The position numbers and the translations under genes are program-made. The notes below the pieces were generated by a model. That model was not told the DNA's origin, did not search any database, and saw only the letters and a program-made list of their open reading frames with translations. Shown piece by piece: positions 41,406 to 50,481 of a DNA stretch of 64,000 nucleotides (the first letter of the stretch is position 1; the number at the start of each line of letters is the position of its first letter). This DNA is from Alphaproteobacteria bacterium (GTDB lineage Bacteria; Pseudomonadota; Alphaproteobacteria; MPNO01), in assembly GCA_964291675.2 (NCBI GenBank), contig OZ219865.1:544001-608000 (forward strand). Direction: 5' to 3'.

Positions 41406-42470
41406 CTACTGGATGCCGTAGAGCGCCTTGGTGTTGTGGTAGAGGATCTTTTCCTTGACCTCCATCGAGTACTCGTTGTCGGCGAGGAAGTCGGGCACGT
41501 CGGCGGTCAGATCTTCTTCCGTCGGCTCGTGCGGGAAGTCGGAGGCGTAGATGATGCGGTCCGACCCCATCGCGTCGATGACGTATTTGAGGCTCTTCTC
41601 CCCCATCTCGCAGGACAGCCAGATGCTCTCGGTATCGCGGATGACCTCTGACGGCTTCTTGGACAGCTTCGACCGGACGGGAACGCCGAACAGCGAATCG
41701 AACTCGTAGTCGAGCCGGTCCATCATGAAGGTGATCCAGGCGCAGCCGCCTTCGAGGAACGCGAATTTGAGATTGGGGAAGGTCTCGAACACCCCGTTGA
41801 ACATCATGTCGGTCATCTGGATCATCAGCGGGACCGGGTGTTCGAGGGTGTGGACCTTGAGGAAGGGCTTCAGGTTGTCGAGCCCGAAACCGCGGCTCAC
41901 CGCGCCATGGAAGGCGATGCTGATGCCCTGGCGCTCGGCCTCCTCGTAGATCGGCCAGTAGATCTCGTCGCCGAAATAGCGGCCGTTGACGGTGACCGTC
42001 GGCAGCAGCATGGCGCCGAAATTGACCCGCTCGGTGGCGCAGCGGGCGACTTCCTTCTTCGCCGCCTCGACGTCGTTGTAGGGGATCAACCCGACGCCCC
42101 AGAGCCGGCTGTCCTTCGTGGTGTAGTGCTCCTCCAGCCAGTTGTTGTAGGCGATGCAGGTGGCGGTCTGGAACTCCTCGCTCTGCATCAGCCCGTAGGC
42201 AAGCCCCGAGGTCGGGTAGAGGACGCTGCCTTCGAGCCCGATCTTGTCCAGGATCTCGGCCCAGATACCGGCGTCCGTCGTCCAGTATCTGCGGCCCTCG
42301 TCGCCCTCCTCCACGATCGAGCTCCGCGACCAGCCGTCGAGGCTCGGGAAGATGGTCATGCCTTCGAGGCGACGGTTGCCCGTCCACCTGCCCTCGTAAT
42401 GCTCCGCGAGCTCGCGGTCGGGCTCGAGGACATGGCCGTCGCCGTCGAAGACCGGGATCTCGTGTTTCAT
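41406..42470 (-). CDS. Amidohydrolase_2 family protein (metal-dependent hydrolase/decarboxylase)
   Basis: DGDGHVLEP, LYPT, AYNNWL, GVFETFPNLKFAFLEGG, YASDFPH. Confidence 0.88.
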   Translation of the reverse strand: MKHEIPVFDGDGHVLEPDRELAEHYEGRWTGNRRLEGMTIFPSLDGWSRSSIVEEGDEGRRYWTTDAGIWAEILDKIGLEGSVLYPTSGLAYGLMQSEEFQTATCIAYNNWLEEHYTTKDSRLWGVGLIPYNDVEAAKKEVARCATERVNFGAMLLPTVTVNGRYFGDEIYWPIYEEAERQGISIAFHGAVSRGFGLDNLKPFLKVHTLEHPVPLMIQMTDMMFNGVFETFPNLKFAFLEGGCAWITFMMDRLDYEFDSLFGVPVRSKLSKKPSEVIRDTESIWLSCEMGEKSLKYVIDAMGSDRIIYASDFPHEPTEEDLTADVPDFLADNEYSMEVKEKILYHNTKALYGIQ

Positions 42471-42612
42471 GGCGTCACCCTCCGTTCCTGTTCGAACCGG
42501 CCAAGATTGAAGCGGTTCGCCCGGCGGCTCAAGCCCCGCAACGCCGCCCGGGGCTGGACGGCGGCACCCGCATGCCCTATCAGTTGGGCCGCCGCGCTCC
42601 AGGGAGCCCCGA

Positions 42613-43770
42613 ATGAAGTCAACCGCCCGGCCGATCCGCAGGTTCGCCGCCGGCGTCGGCTGCTGCGTCGCCGCGCTCGGCCTCGCCGCCGGGACGCCGG
42701 GCGCGATGGAGACGGTGGCCAAGCAGGCCTATATCCTCGACCTGCAGACCGGCGCGGTGCTGCTGGCGAAGGACGCCGACACGCCTTCGCCGCCGGCCTC
42801 GATGAGCAAGCTGATGACCGTCTACATGGCCTTCGAGGAGCTCAAGGCCGGCCGGCTCTCGCTCGACGACAAGTTCGTCGTCAGCCGCAAGGCCTGGCGG
42901 ATGGGCGGCTCCAGGATGTTCGTCGAGGTCGACAAGGAGGTGCGGGTCGAGGACCTGCTGCGCGGGATCATCGTGCAATCGGGCAACGACGCCAGCATCG
43001 TCCTCGCCGAGGGGCTGTCGGGCTCGGAAGCCGCGTTCTCCGATGCGATGAACCGCAAGGCGCGGGAGCTCGGGCTGACCGACAGCCATCTGGCGAACTC
43101 GACCGGGTGGCCGGCGGACAACCATGTGATGAGCCCGCGGGACCTCGCCGTGCTGGCCCGCCGCATCATCGAGGACTTCCCGGAGTACTACCCCTATTTC
43201 GCCGAGAAATCGTTCCGCTACAACAAGATCAAGCAGGGCAACCGCAACCCGCTGCTGTATCGGGATACCGGGGCCGACGGGCTGAAGACCGGCCATACCC
43301 GGGCCTCCGGCTACAGCCTGGTGGCATCCGCCATACGCGAAGGCCGGCGCGTGGTCTTGGTGCTCACCGGCATGGAGAGCGCCCGGATCCGGTCCTTCGA
43401 GGCGCGCCGCCTGCTCAACTGGGCGTTTCAGTGGTTCCGGAACTACACGCTGTTCGAGCGCGGCGCGGAGGTCGAACGGGCCGATGTCTGGCTCGGCCAG
43501 GAGGACACCGTCCCCCTGGTCGCCGCGCGCGACGTCAAGGTGTCCCTGCCGCGCGCCTCCCGCCGCGGCCTCGAGGTCAAAGTCGTCTTCGACGGCCCGG
43601 TCCCGGCGCCCATCGAAAAGGGCGCGGAGATCGCCAGGCTGCTGGTCACCGCGCCCAATTTCGACACGCTTGAAGTGCCCCTGCTCGCCGGCGCCGATGT
43701 GGGCAGGATCGGCGTGTTCGGCCGCCTCGGCGCGGCGATCGGCTACCTGATCTGGGGTGCCGGCGGGTAG
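42613..43770 (+). CDS. D-alanyl-D-alanine carboxypeptidase (PBP5/6 type)
   Basis: SxxK (PASMSKLMT), SxN (SGNDA), KTG (GLKTGHT). Confidence 0.93.
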   Translation: MKSTARPIRRFAAGVGCCVAALGLAAGTPGAMETVAKQAYILDLQTGAVLLAKDADTPSPPASMSKLMTVYMAFEELKAGRLSLDDKFVVSRKAWRMGGSRMFVEVDKEVRVEDLLRGIIVQSGNDASIVLAEGLSGSEAAFSDAMNRKARELGLTDSHLANSTGWPADNHVMSPRDLAVLARRIIEDFPEYYPYFAEKSFRYNKIKQGNRNPLLYRDTGADGLKTGHTRASGYSLVASAIREGRRVVLVLTGMESARIRSFEARRLLNWAFQWFRNYTLFERGAEVERADVWLGQEDTVPLVAARDVKVSLPRASRRGLEVKVVFDGPVPAPIEKGAEIARLLVTAPNFDTLEVPLLAGADVGRIGVFGRLGAAIGYLIWGAGG

Positions 43771-44001
43771 TCGGGAGATACCCCTCCACGGAGCGAAGAC
43801 ACGACCTGAAGTAGCAGGCTTTACACGCCGCTTGCCGCCCGGCGTTCAATTGTTCGCGACTCCGCCCTGACGGCGCGGGCCCTTCTTGCGGCGGACCGTC
43901 GGCGTCCCATATGGTCGCCGGCATGGCGGATCGGTGCCGCCTGCCGACTGCCGGACACTTGGGTCCGTGCCGGCATCCTGCCACCAAGGAGAAAACGTCC
44001 G

Positions 44002-44304
44002 ATGAAGAAAAGCCCCGTGATCATGGCGGCCGCGCTGCTCGCCGCCGCCAATTTCGCCGCTTCCGACGTCGCCGAGGCGGCGGACAAGAAGGAGAAGTGC
44101 TACGGCGTCGCGCTCGCCGGCAAGAACGACTGCAAGGCCGGTCCGGGCACGACCTGCGCGGGCAGCTCGACCGTGGACTACCAGGGCAACGCCTGGACTC
44201 TGGTCCCCGCCGGCACCTGCGAGAAGATGACCTTCAAGACCAAGGACGGTCGCGAGGTGATGGGCAGCCTCAAGGAGGTCGACCGCGATATTCCGAAGTC
44301 CTGA
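44002..44304 (+). CDS. BufA1/DUF2282-family bufferin-type precursor peptide
   Basis: Signal peptide followed by [24 protein letters not shown]...[12 protein letters not shown] (4 Cys). Confidence 0.88.
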   Translation: MKKSPVIMAAALLAAANFAASDVAEAADKKEKCYGVALAGKNDCKAGPGTTCAGSSTVDYQGNAWTLVPAGTCEKMTFKTKDGREVMGSLKEVDRDIPKS

Positions 44305-44368
44305 TCCTGCAATGCCCGGCGCGCCGCGGGAGCCCCGGTTCCCGCGGCGGCCGGGCGGTTTCCCGCCG

Positions 44369-45235
44369 ATGATGCCCGCCTCCTCTCCCTTCGCCGCCGT
44401 ACCGTCCCGAGCCGGCGCGAGCTTCAAGGGCGAGCATGCCGAGGCGGTCTTCGGGCAAGGTCCCGATATCGGCTGGTTCGAAGTCCATCCGGAGAATTAC
44501 ATGGTCGCCGGCGGGCCCCGGCTCGCCATGCTCGAAGCCCTGCGCGAGGCCTGGCCGCTGTCGCTGCACGGCGTCGGCCTGTCGCTCGGCGGCGCCGAGC
44601 GGCTCGACCGCGATCATCTCGCCGCGCTCGGCGCGCTCGCCGACCGGTTCGAGCCGGGCCTGGTCTCCGAGCACATCGCCTGGTCGGCGCATGGCGGCGT
44701 GTGGTTCGCCGACCTGCTGCCGCCCAGCCTCAGCGCGGCGGGGCTCGACCGGCTGTGCGACAATATCGACGAGATGCAGGAGGCGCTCCGCCGGGCGGTT
44801 CTGATCGAGAACCCGGCGAGCTACCTGGTGCTGCCGGACCGGGAGATGGACGAGCTTTCGTTCGTCGTCGAAGCCGCGCACCGCACCGGGTGCGGGTTGC
44901 TCGTCGACCTCAACAACATCCATGTCAGCGCGGTCAATACCGGCCTCGACGCCCAATCCTACGTCGATGCGATCCCGCACGCGCTGGTCGGCGAAATCCA
45001 TCTCGCCGGGTTCAGCCTCGACGATGCCGGCGATGAGCGCCTGCTGATCGACAGCCACGGCGCGCCGGTCGACGGCGCGGTCTGGCGGCTCTACGACCGG
45101 TTGGTCGGGCGCATCGGCGCCAGGCCCACTCTGGTCGAATGGGACAGGGACATCCCGGCCTGGGAGGTGCTGTTCGCCGAGGCGAAGAAGGCCGACCTGG
45201 CGCTTGCGCGCCTCGCCGAACCCGTGCCCGCATGA
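44369..45235 (+). CDS. DUF692 family multinuclear non-heme iron oxidative enzyme (MNIO, BufB-like)
   Basis: WFEVHPENYM, LSLHGVGLSLG, VSEHIAW, IENPASY, LLVDLNNI, EIHLAG, LIDSHG, TLVEWD. Confidence 0.92.
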   Translation: MMPASSPFAAVPSRAGASFKGEHAEAVFGQGPDIGWFEVHPENYMVAGGPRLAMLEALREAWPLSLHGVGLSLGGAERLDRDHLAALGALADRFEPGLVSEHIAWSAHGGVWFADLLPPSLSAAGLDRLCDNIDEMQEALRRAVLIENPASYLVLPDREMDELSFVVEAAHRTGCGLLVDLNNIHVSAVNTGLDAQSYVDAIPHALVGEIHLAGFSLDDAGDERLLIDSHGAPVDGAVWRLYDRLVGRIGARPTLVEWDRDIPAWEVLFAEAKKADLALARLAEPVPA

Positions 45236-46011
45236 CGCTCGCTTCGACGCAGGCGCAATTCGCCGCCGCCCTCGGGGACCCGGCGCCGGGTGCGGCGCCG
45301 GCCGGGCTCTCCGAACCCGCCCGGCGGCGCTTCCGGGTCTATCGCAACAACGTGCGCGTCGCCCTGATCGAGGCGCTGGCGGCGGCCTATCCCGCGCTGC
45401 GGCGGATCGTCGGCGAACGGTTCTTCGAGGCGATGGCCCGCGCCTACGCGACCGGCCGCCCGTCGGCGGCCCGCACCCTCAACTTCTACGGCGCGGACTT
45501 CGCCGGGTTCGTGGCCGGTTTCCCGCCGGCGCGCGATCTGCCCTACCTCGCCGATGTCGCGCGGCTGGAGCGTGCGGTGCTGGAGTCGCTCCACGCCGCC
45601 GATGCGCCGGCGCTCGACCCTGCGGCGCTGGCCGCGCTCGGCGCGGGCGTCGCGACGGCGCGGCTCGCGCCCCACCCGGCGGCCCGGCTGGTGCGCTCGC
45701 CCTGGCCGATCGCCCGGATCTGGCAGGCCAATGCCGGCGACTTCGCGCCCGGGGACGAGCTCGTCATCGCCGCCCAAGCCGGCGCCGCGCTGGTCGTCAG
45801 GCCGGCGCTCTCGGTCCGCGTCGAGGCGCTCGACCCGGCCGGCTGCGCCTTCGCCGGGGCCCTGCTGGCGGGCGGCGACCCGATGACGGCGGCGGCGGAC
45901 GCGGCCGCGCTCGACGGCGATTTCGACGTCGTCCCGGCGTTCAGGAACCTGCTCGCTTCCGGCGCCTTCGCCGGGCTCGCGGGCGCAACGGGCGAAGGAG
46001 CAGAGGCATGA
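45232..46011 (+). CDS. DUF2063 family MNIO partner protein (BufC-like)
   Basis: QAQFAAAL, RFRVYRNN, YPALRRIVGERFF, YGADF, PYLADVARLE. Confidence 0.88.
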   Translation: MTLASTQAQFAAALGDPAPGAAPAGLSEPARRRFRVYRNNVRVALIEALAAAYPALRRIVGERFFEAMARAYATGRPSAARTLNFYGADFAGFVAGFPPARDLPYLADVARLERAVLESLHAADAPALDPAALAALGAGVATARLAPHPAARLVRSPWPIARIWQANAGDFAPGDELVIAAQAGAALVVRPALSVRVEALDPAGCAFAGALLAGGDPMTAAADAAALDGDFDVVPAFRNLLASGAFAGLAGATGEGAEA

Positions 46012-46490
46012 GCAACGGCACACCGACGGCGGCCGGCGCGGCCGGGCTGGTCAGGCAGGCGATCGATATCGGCCACCGGATCGCCGAGCCCGTCGAGCGC
46101 CGGCTCGGGCCGGTCGCGCTGCTGGTCCTCCGGCTGCCGATCGCCATCGTGTTCTGGCGGTCCGGCCGCACCAAGGTCGAGGGGTGGAACATCTTCTCGG
46201 TCAAGGACAGCCAGTACTTCCTGTTCCGCGAGGAGTTCGGCATGCCGATGCCGGAGCTGACGGCGCATGTCACCGCCATCGCCGAGCACGTCCTGCCGAT
46301 CCTGCTGGTGCTCGGCCTGCTGACCCGGCTCAGCGCGCTCGGCATGTTCGTCATGACCATGGTGATCCAGCTCTTCGTCTACCCCGACGCCTGGTTCAGC
46401 GCCCACATGTTCTGGGCGGTCATCCTGTTCGCCGTCATGGCGCTCGGCCCGGGGCGGTACTCGATCGACGGGCTGCTGTTCCGCCGCTAG
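46008..46490 (+). CDS. DoxX family membrane protein (BufD-like)
   Basis: LRLPIAIVFWRSGRTK, AEHVLPILLVLGLLTRLSA, IQLFVYP, GPGRYSID. Confidence 0.88.
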   Translation: MSNGTPTAAGAAGLVRQAIDIGHRIAEPVERRLGPVALLVLRLPIAIVFWRSGRTKVEGWNIFSVKDSQYFLFREEFGMPMPELTAHVTAIAEHVLPILLVLGLLTRLSALGMFVMTMVIQLFVYPDAWFSAHMFWAVILFAVMALGPGRYSIDGLLFRR

Positions 46491-47212
46491 TCGCGGCCGG
46501 CGTCCATGATCGCCTGGGCGAGGCGTTCCGGCGCGGTGAAGCAGACCTCGTGCCCGCCCGGGATCTGGACCAGGCGGAACAGGCCGAGCTTCTCGGACAA
46601 TCTGGGGTGCCAGGTCATCGAGTGCGGCAGCGAGGTGTCCTCGGTGCAGTTGATGTAGGACTTGGCGAGCTCCATCTCCGCCGGGTTTTTCGACAGCGAG
46701 ATTTTCTCGGTGAAGGTGCCGTAGGGGTGCGGGTTGAGCTTGTCGTAGGCGGACTGGGACAAGTCTGCGTCGGCGTCGTTCATGAACGCCTCGCGCCAGA
46801 TCGGGTAAGGCAAGACGACCGAGCCGTCGCCGATCTCGGCGGCGATCTGCTCGAACAGGGCGACATAGTGCGGCGGCACCATGTCGTTGAGCGATTCGCC
46901 GTCATTCGGCACGAAGGCGTTCCAGTAGACCAGCCGGCGGATGCGCTCTCCCGCCCGGTCGGCGACGCCGGTGATCACCATGCCGCCATAGGAGTGCCCC
47001 ATCAGGACCACGTCGGAGAGGTCGTTGTCGGCGAGATAGTCGACGATCGACCCGACGGCATCGGAAAGCCCGACCGTCTTCGCGTCGCCCGGCCGGTTGC
47101 CGGCGAGCGTCGGGCAATGCACCTCGTGACCCGCCGCGCGGATCGGCTCGGCGGCGGCCTCCAGCAGGTCGCCCGAATGCCAGGCGCCGTGGACGAGGAC
47201 ATAGGTGGACAT
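46487..47212 (-). CDS. Alpha/beta hydrolase (esterase-like)
   Basis: VLVHGAWH, GHSYGG nucleophile elbow, GGHE. Confidence 0.9.
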   Translation of the reverse strand: MSTYVLVHGAWHSGDLLEAAAEPIRAAGHEVHCPTLAGNRPGDAKTVGLSDAVGSIVDYLADNDLSDVVLMGHSYGGMVITGVADRAGERIRRLVYWNAFVPNDGESLNDMVPPHYVALFEQIAAEIGDGSVVLPYPIWREAFMNDADADLSQSAYDKLNPHPYGTFTEKISLSKNPAEMELAKSYINCTEDTSLPHSMTWHPRLSEKLGLFRLVQIPGGHEVCFTAPERLAQAIMDAGRD

Positions 47213-47315
47213 GGGTTCTCCTCCCGGGACGGTTCGGTTGCGCTGCGGTCACGCTATGGGGGGCGACGGGGATTGGCAAGCGGGAAAAAGGTGTATGCGC
47301 ACTAGAAAATTGCAC

Positions 47316-47379
47316 CCTAACCCCTTGAAAAACTTGGTGCGCGCACCAGGACTCGAACCTGGGACCCACTGATTAAAAG
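47316..47379. repeat. att site (left): duplicated 3' portion of tRNA-Lys
   Basis: 47334-47379 is identical (46 bp) to 57457-57502; similarity extends to 47316/57439 (CCTAACCCCTTGAAAA) with 2 mismatches. Confidence 0.95.
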
Positions 47380-47533
47380 GCATTCCCGAGCGCCGTTCGC
47401 GACCGTTAGGCGCCGGCATGTCATCGTTAATAGATAAGCTATTTCAATCTCTTAGCAAGTCTCCAAATAGGCCATTGCGTTAATCGCCGTTAGTCCGTAT
47501 CGTGGCGACATGGCGACACACTGGAGACTCGAA

Positions 47534-48739
47534 ATGGCGACCGATGGGAAATCAGTGGCACTCACGGAGCGGCGCATCCGGGACGCCAAGGCCACCGGCA
47601 AGACCTACATCATCCGCGACACCCGCGTTGTGGGGCTGGGCGTCCGCGTGTCCAGCGCCGGCACCCGCGCCTATGTGATCGACTACAGGACCGGCGGGCG
47701 CCGCCGCCTCGCCACGCTGGGGCGCTGCTCCGAGATGACGCTGGCGGACGCGCGGAAGCTGGCCGGGCGCGAGCTGGCCGCCGTTCGGAACGAGGGCGCC
47801 GACCCCCTGCGGCGGCGCGCGGACGCCAAGGCGGCGCCGACTGTCGCCGACCTGATCGACCGCTTCCTAGACGACTACGCGCCCCGGCGGATCGACCAAG
47901 GGCGCCTCGCCCCGAAGACGTTGAACGAGTACCGCCGGCAAGCGAACGGCACCCTCCGGCCGGCGCTGGGGCGGTTGAAGGTGGCCGACGTGAAACGCGC
48001 CGATGTCGAGCGGGCCGTTGCCAAGTGCGCCCCTGTCGAGCGCAACCGGCAACTGTCGCTCGCGCGGCGGCTGTTCAATCTCGCCGAGGATTGGGAAATG
48101 CGCGAGCCCGGCACGAACCCGGCGAGGCGAATCGACCGGGCGCGCGAGGAACCCCGCGACCGCGTGTTGTCGCCGGCAGAGATTGGCGCGCTCGGTGCCG
48201 CGCTGGCCGGGCTCGACAATCCCATCGTCGCCGGGGCGATCCGATTCATGACGTTGACGGGCTGGCGCGGCGACGAAGTGCGGCGCCTCCGGTGGGAGAA
48301 CGTCGACACCGAGACGGGCGAGGCGCTGCTGCCGTCGACGAAGACCGGCCGCGACCGCCGCACCATCGGCGCCGCCGCGCTCGGCATCCTCGCCGACATG
48401 CCGCGCATTCACGGCAACCCGTTCGTGTTCGCGGGCGCCAAGGCGGCGGCGGTCTCCTACAAGACCATGCACCAGGCTTTCGGGCTCGCGTGCGAGCGGG
48501 CCGGCATCGAGGGCGCCCAGCCGCACGATCTTCGCCGCACCCTCGCCACGTCCGCCGCCGCGTCCGGCATGACGCTGGTGGGGCTTCGCGACCTGCTCGC
48601 GCACAAGACCACGACGATGGCCGCGAGATATGCGAGGCGGTCCGATAGCGTCCTGCGGGCCGCGCAAGACGACATGGCCGACCGGATGGCCGGCATGCTG
48701 GACGGGGCGGACGCCGAAATCGTGGCGATTCGCAAATAG
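47534..48739 (+). CDS. Tyrosine recombinase/integrase with N-terminal arm-binding domain
   Basis: IRDTRVVGLGVRV...RRRLATLG (arm-binding); catalytic R (TGWR), K (TKTG), HxxR (HDLRR), H (LAHK), Y (RYA); adjacent to att. Confidence 0.95.
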   Translation: MATDGKSVALTERRIRDAKATGKTYIIRDTRVVGLGVRVSSAGTRAYVIDYRTGGRRRLATLGRCSEMTLADARKLAGRELAAVRNEGADPLRRRADAKAAPTVADLIDRFLDDYAPRRIDQGRLAPKTLNEYRRQANGTLRPALGRLKVADVKRADVERAVAKCAPVERNRQLSLARRLFNLAEDWEMREPGTNPARRIDRAREEPRDRVLSPAEIGALGAALAGLDNPIVAGAIRFMTLTGWRGDEVRRLRWENVDTETGEALLPSTKTGRDRRTIGAAALGILADMPRIHGNPFVFAGAKAAAVSYKTMHQAFGLACERAGIEGAQPHDLRRTLATSAAASGMTLVGLRDLLAHKTTTMAARYARRSDSVLRAAQDDMADRMAGMLDGADAEIVAIRK

Positions 48740-48872
48740 GCGTTGCGCAACCACAATTCTGCGTATTGTTTAGGTGTCGCCCGTTAATTCGAGCGGGCGG
48801 CATGGTCACTCACCAACCGGGGGAACAGCCATGTCACGGAAGGAACCGACAACGACATAGGGGCTCCCCCCC

Positions 48873-49079
48873 ATGACCAGATTCGATCCCGAAGTCTTCT
48901 ATCGTTCGACCGATCCCGCGCTGGCCGTGATCGCGACCAGCGGCACGTTGCGTGTCTGGAGATGCCAGAAACGCGGGCCGCGCTATCACCGGCTGGGTGG
49001 GCGAGTCGTCTATTCGGGCAAGGACCTGAACGACTACATCGACTCGTGCGCCGTCGATCCTGCTGACGCCGCCGCCTGA
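48873..49079 (+). CDS. Excisionase/AlpA-like HTH DNA-binding protein
   Basis: TLRVWRCQKRGPRYHRLGGRVVYSGKDLNDYI. Confidence 0.82.
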   Translation: MTRFDPEVFYRSTDPALAVIATSGTLRVWRCQKRGPRYHRLGGRVVYSGKDLNDYIDSCAVDPADAAA

Positions 49080-49084
49080 ACGAG

Positions 49085-49117
49085 AAAACCCCCGGGCCAC
49101 GACTCCCGGGGGCTTTC
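49085..49117 (+). terminator. GC hairpin after the excisionase-like gene
   Basis: AAAACCCCCGGG-CCACGACT-CCCGGGGGCTTT. Confidence 0.5.
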
Positions 49118-49142
49118 CAGTGTTTGACCACGACGGCACATC

Positions 49143-49763
49143 ATGGACGGCGGGAACGTAGCCGACCGCGCGAGCCGGCGCAAGCCACCGCCGCTGATCG
49201 TGGCCGTTGCGCAGGCGCCGCGATACCGCGGCATCAAGCGGCTGGTGCTGTTGCAGCTTGCCCTTTGGGGCAACCGGGACGGCACCCGGATTTTTCCCTC
49301 CCTTGGCCACGTCGCCGAGCTCGCCGGCATCGACGTGCGCAGCGTGCGCCGCCACGTCCGGGCGTTCGAGACGGACGGCGTGTTGACCGCCGTGGCGCGC
49401 TCGCGGGGCGGGCGGGCGGCGAACGGGCGGGCCAGGACCACCGAATACAGGCTCAATCTGGCGGCGCTCAACCCGGACTCGGGAGTCCGGGTTAACCCGG
49501 ACTCTGGTGTCCCTCAACCCGGACTCTGGTGTCCCTCAACCCGGACTCACGAGTCCGACAACCCTGTAAGACCCTCCAAGACCCTTGCGCCGCCCGCCTC
49601 GCCTGCCGAGGGGCAGGCGGGCGGCGCTTCCGAAACGCGGGAAGAAATCGAGGCCGAGATAGAGGCGCTGCAAAACGACCTGCGGAGCTACATGGACCCG
49701 GACGCGGCGCGTGCCGTCCGCAGGCGGCTGGCCGAGTACAAGCGAAAGCTCACGACGGCATAG
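49143..49763 (+). CDS. HTH-domain replication initiator-like protein (lambda O-type architecture)
   Basis: KRLVLLQLA...IFPSLGHVAELAGIDVRSVRRHVRAFETDGVL...TTEYRL, followed by an internal iteron block. Confidence 0.72.
   Translation: MDGGNVADRASRRKPPPLIVAVAQAPRYRGIKRLVLLQLALWGNRDGTRIFPSLGHVAELAGIDVRSVRRHVRAFETDGVLTAVARSRGGRAANGRARTTEYRLNLAALNPDSGVRVNPDSGVPQPGLWCPSTRTHESDNPVRPSKTLAPPASPAEGQAGGASETREEIEAEIEALQNDLRSYMDPDAARAVRRRLAEYKRKLTTA
49470..49557. repeat. Iteron-like array (putative origin) inside the rep gene
   Basis: AACCCGGACTC at 49470, 49494, 49516 and 49538 (last three with 22-bp period); inverted copy at 49483-49493. Confidence 0.8.
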
Positions 49764-49772
49764 GAGGCCGAA

Positions 49773-49985
49773 ATGCACTACCCGACCACGCTCCCCGATA
49801 CCCCGGAACGCTGCGACGCGGCGATAGGCCGATGGGAACGGTTCGCGGACAAGCTCAAGCCGACCGACGAGCGCGAGATTGCAATCGTCGGCGGCTACAT
49901 CGCGACGCTGCTTCAGCACAAGCGCGACCTGAAGGCGGTCGCCGAGGCGGAGAACGTTGAACCCCTGCGGAGGACGGCGGCATGA
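49773..49985 (+). CDS. Hypothetical protein (70 aa)
   Basis: AGGAGG RBS; ATGA overlap with the next gene. Confidence 0.7.
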   Translation: MHYPTTLPDTPERCDAAIGRWERFADKLKPTDEREIAIVGGYIATLLQHKRDLKAVAEAENVEPLRRTAA

Positions 49986-50185
49986 CAGACCAGAAGCTCG
50001 AAATCGACCTTCCCGGAACGATGCATCCGGGCGATGAGGTGTACGGCGTAATCATCGGCATGGACGGCGGGGCGCGCGTGTGCTGGACCAATGCGTTCCT
50101 CGCCCTGCCACGGGAAGAACGTCAGCAAGTGGGCGTCCTGCTGCAAGAGGCGGTCAAGATCGTGCCGCCGAGGGAGCGTATCTGA
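49982..50185 (+). CDS. Hypothetical protein (67 aa)
   Basis: Translationally coupled on both sides (ATGA and TGATG). Confidence 0.68.
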   Translation: MTDQKLEIDLPGTMHPGDEVYGVIIGMDGGARVCWTNAFLALPREERQQVGVLLQEAVKIVPPRERI

Positions 50186-50481
50186 TGCCCTGCGAACGCT
50201 GTATCTGGTGGCGCACCGAGGACGATGCGCCGACCACCGATGAAGGCGTGCCGCACTACGGCACATGCCACGCCGCACCCCCTCGCCCCGAGATACGCCT
50301 GACCGACGACCCGAACGAGCTTCAAGGCAAGTTCGTCCAAACGGTCTGGCCGTGGACCAAGCCGCACGATCATTGCGGCGGGTTCGTTGATAGCGCCTGG
50401 GTGGACCCCTCAACCGGCACGATCAAGAGGCCGAACGTGCTGCCGCCTATGGACGATGACGGCACCGAGACGCTGCAATGA
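50185..50481 (+). CDS. Cys-rich phage-type hypothetical protein
   Basis: MPCERCIWW...GTCHAAPP...WPWTKPHDHCGGF (CxxC...C..PP...WP...C pattern); coupled start. Confidence 0.68.
   Translation: MPCERCIWWRTEDDAPTTDEGVPHYGTCHAAPPRPEIRLTDDPNELQGKFVQTVWPWTKPHDHCGGFVDSAWVDPSTGTIKRPNVLPPMDDDGTETLQ

Noticed and set aside
47335-47379. Second tRNA-Lys gene
   Set aside because: Only the 3' part up to the anticodon loop is present; it is the att duplication.
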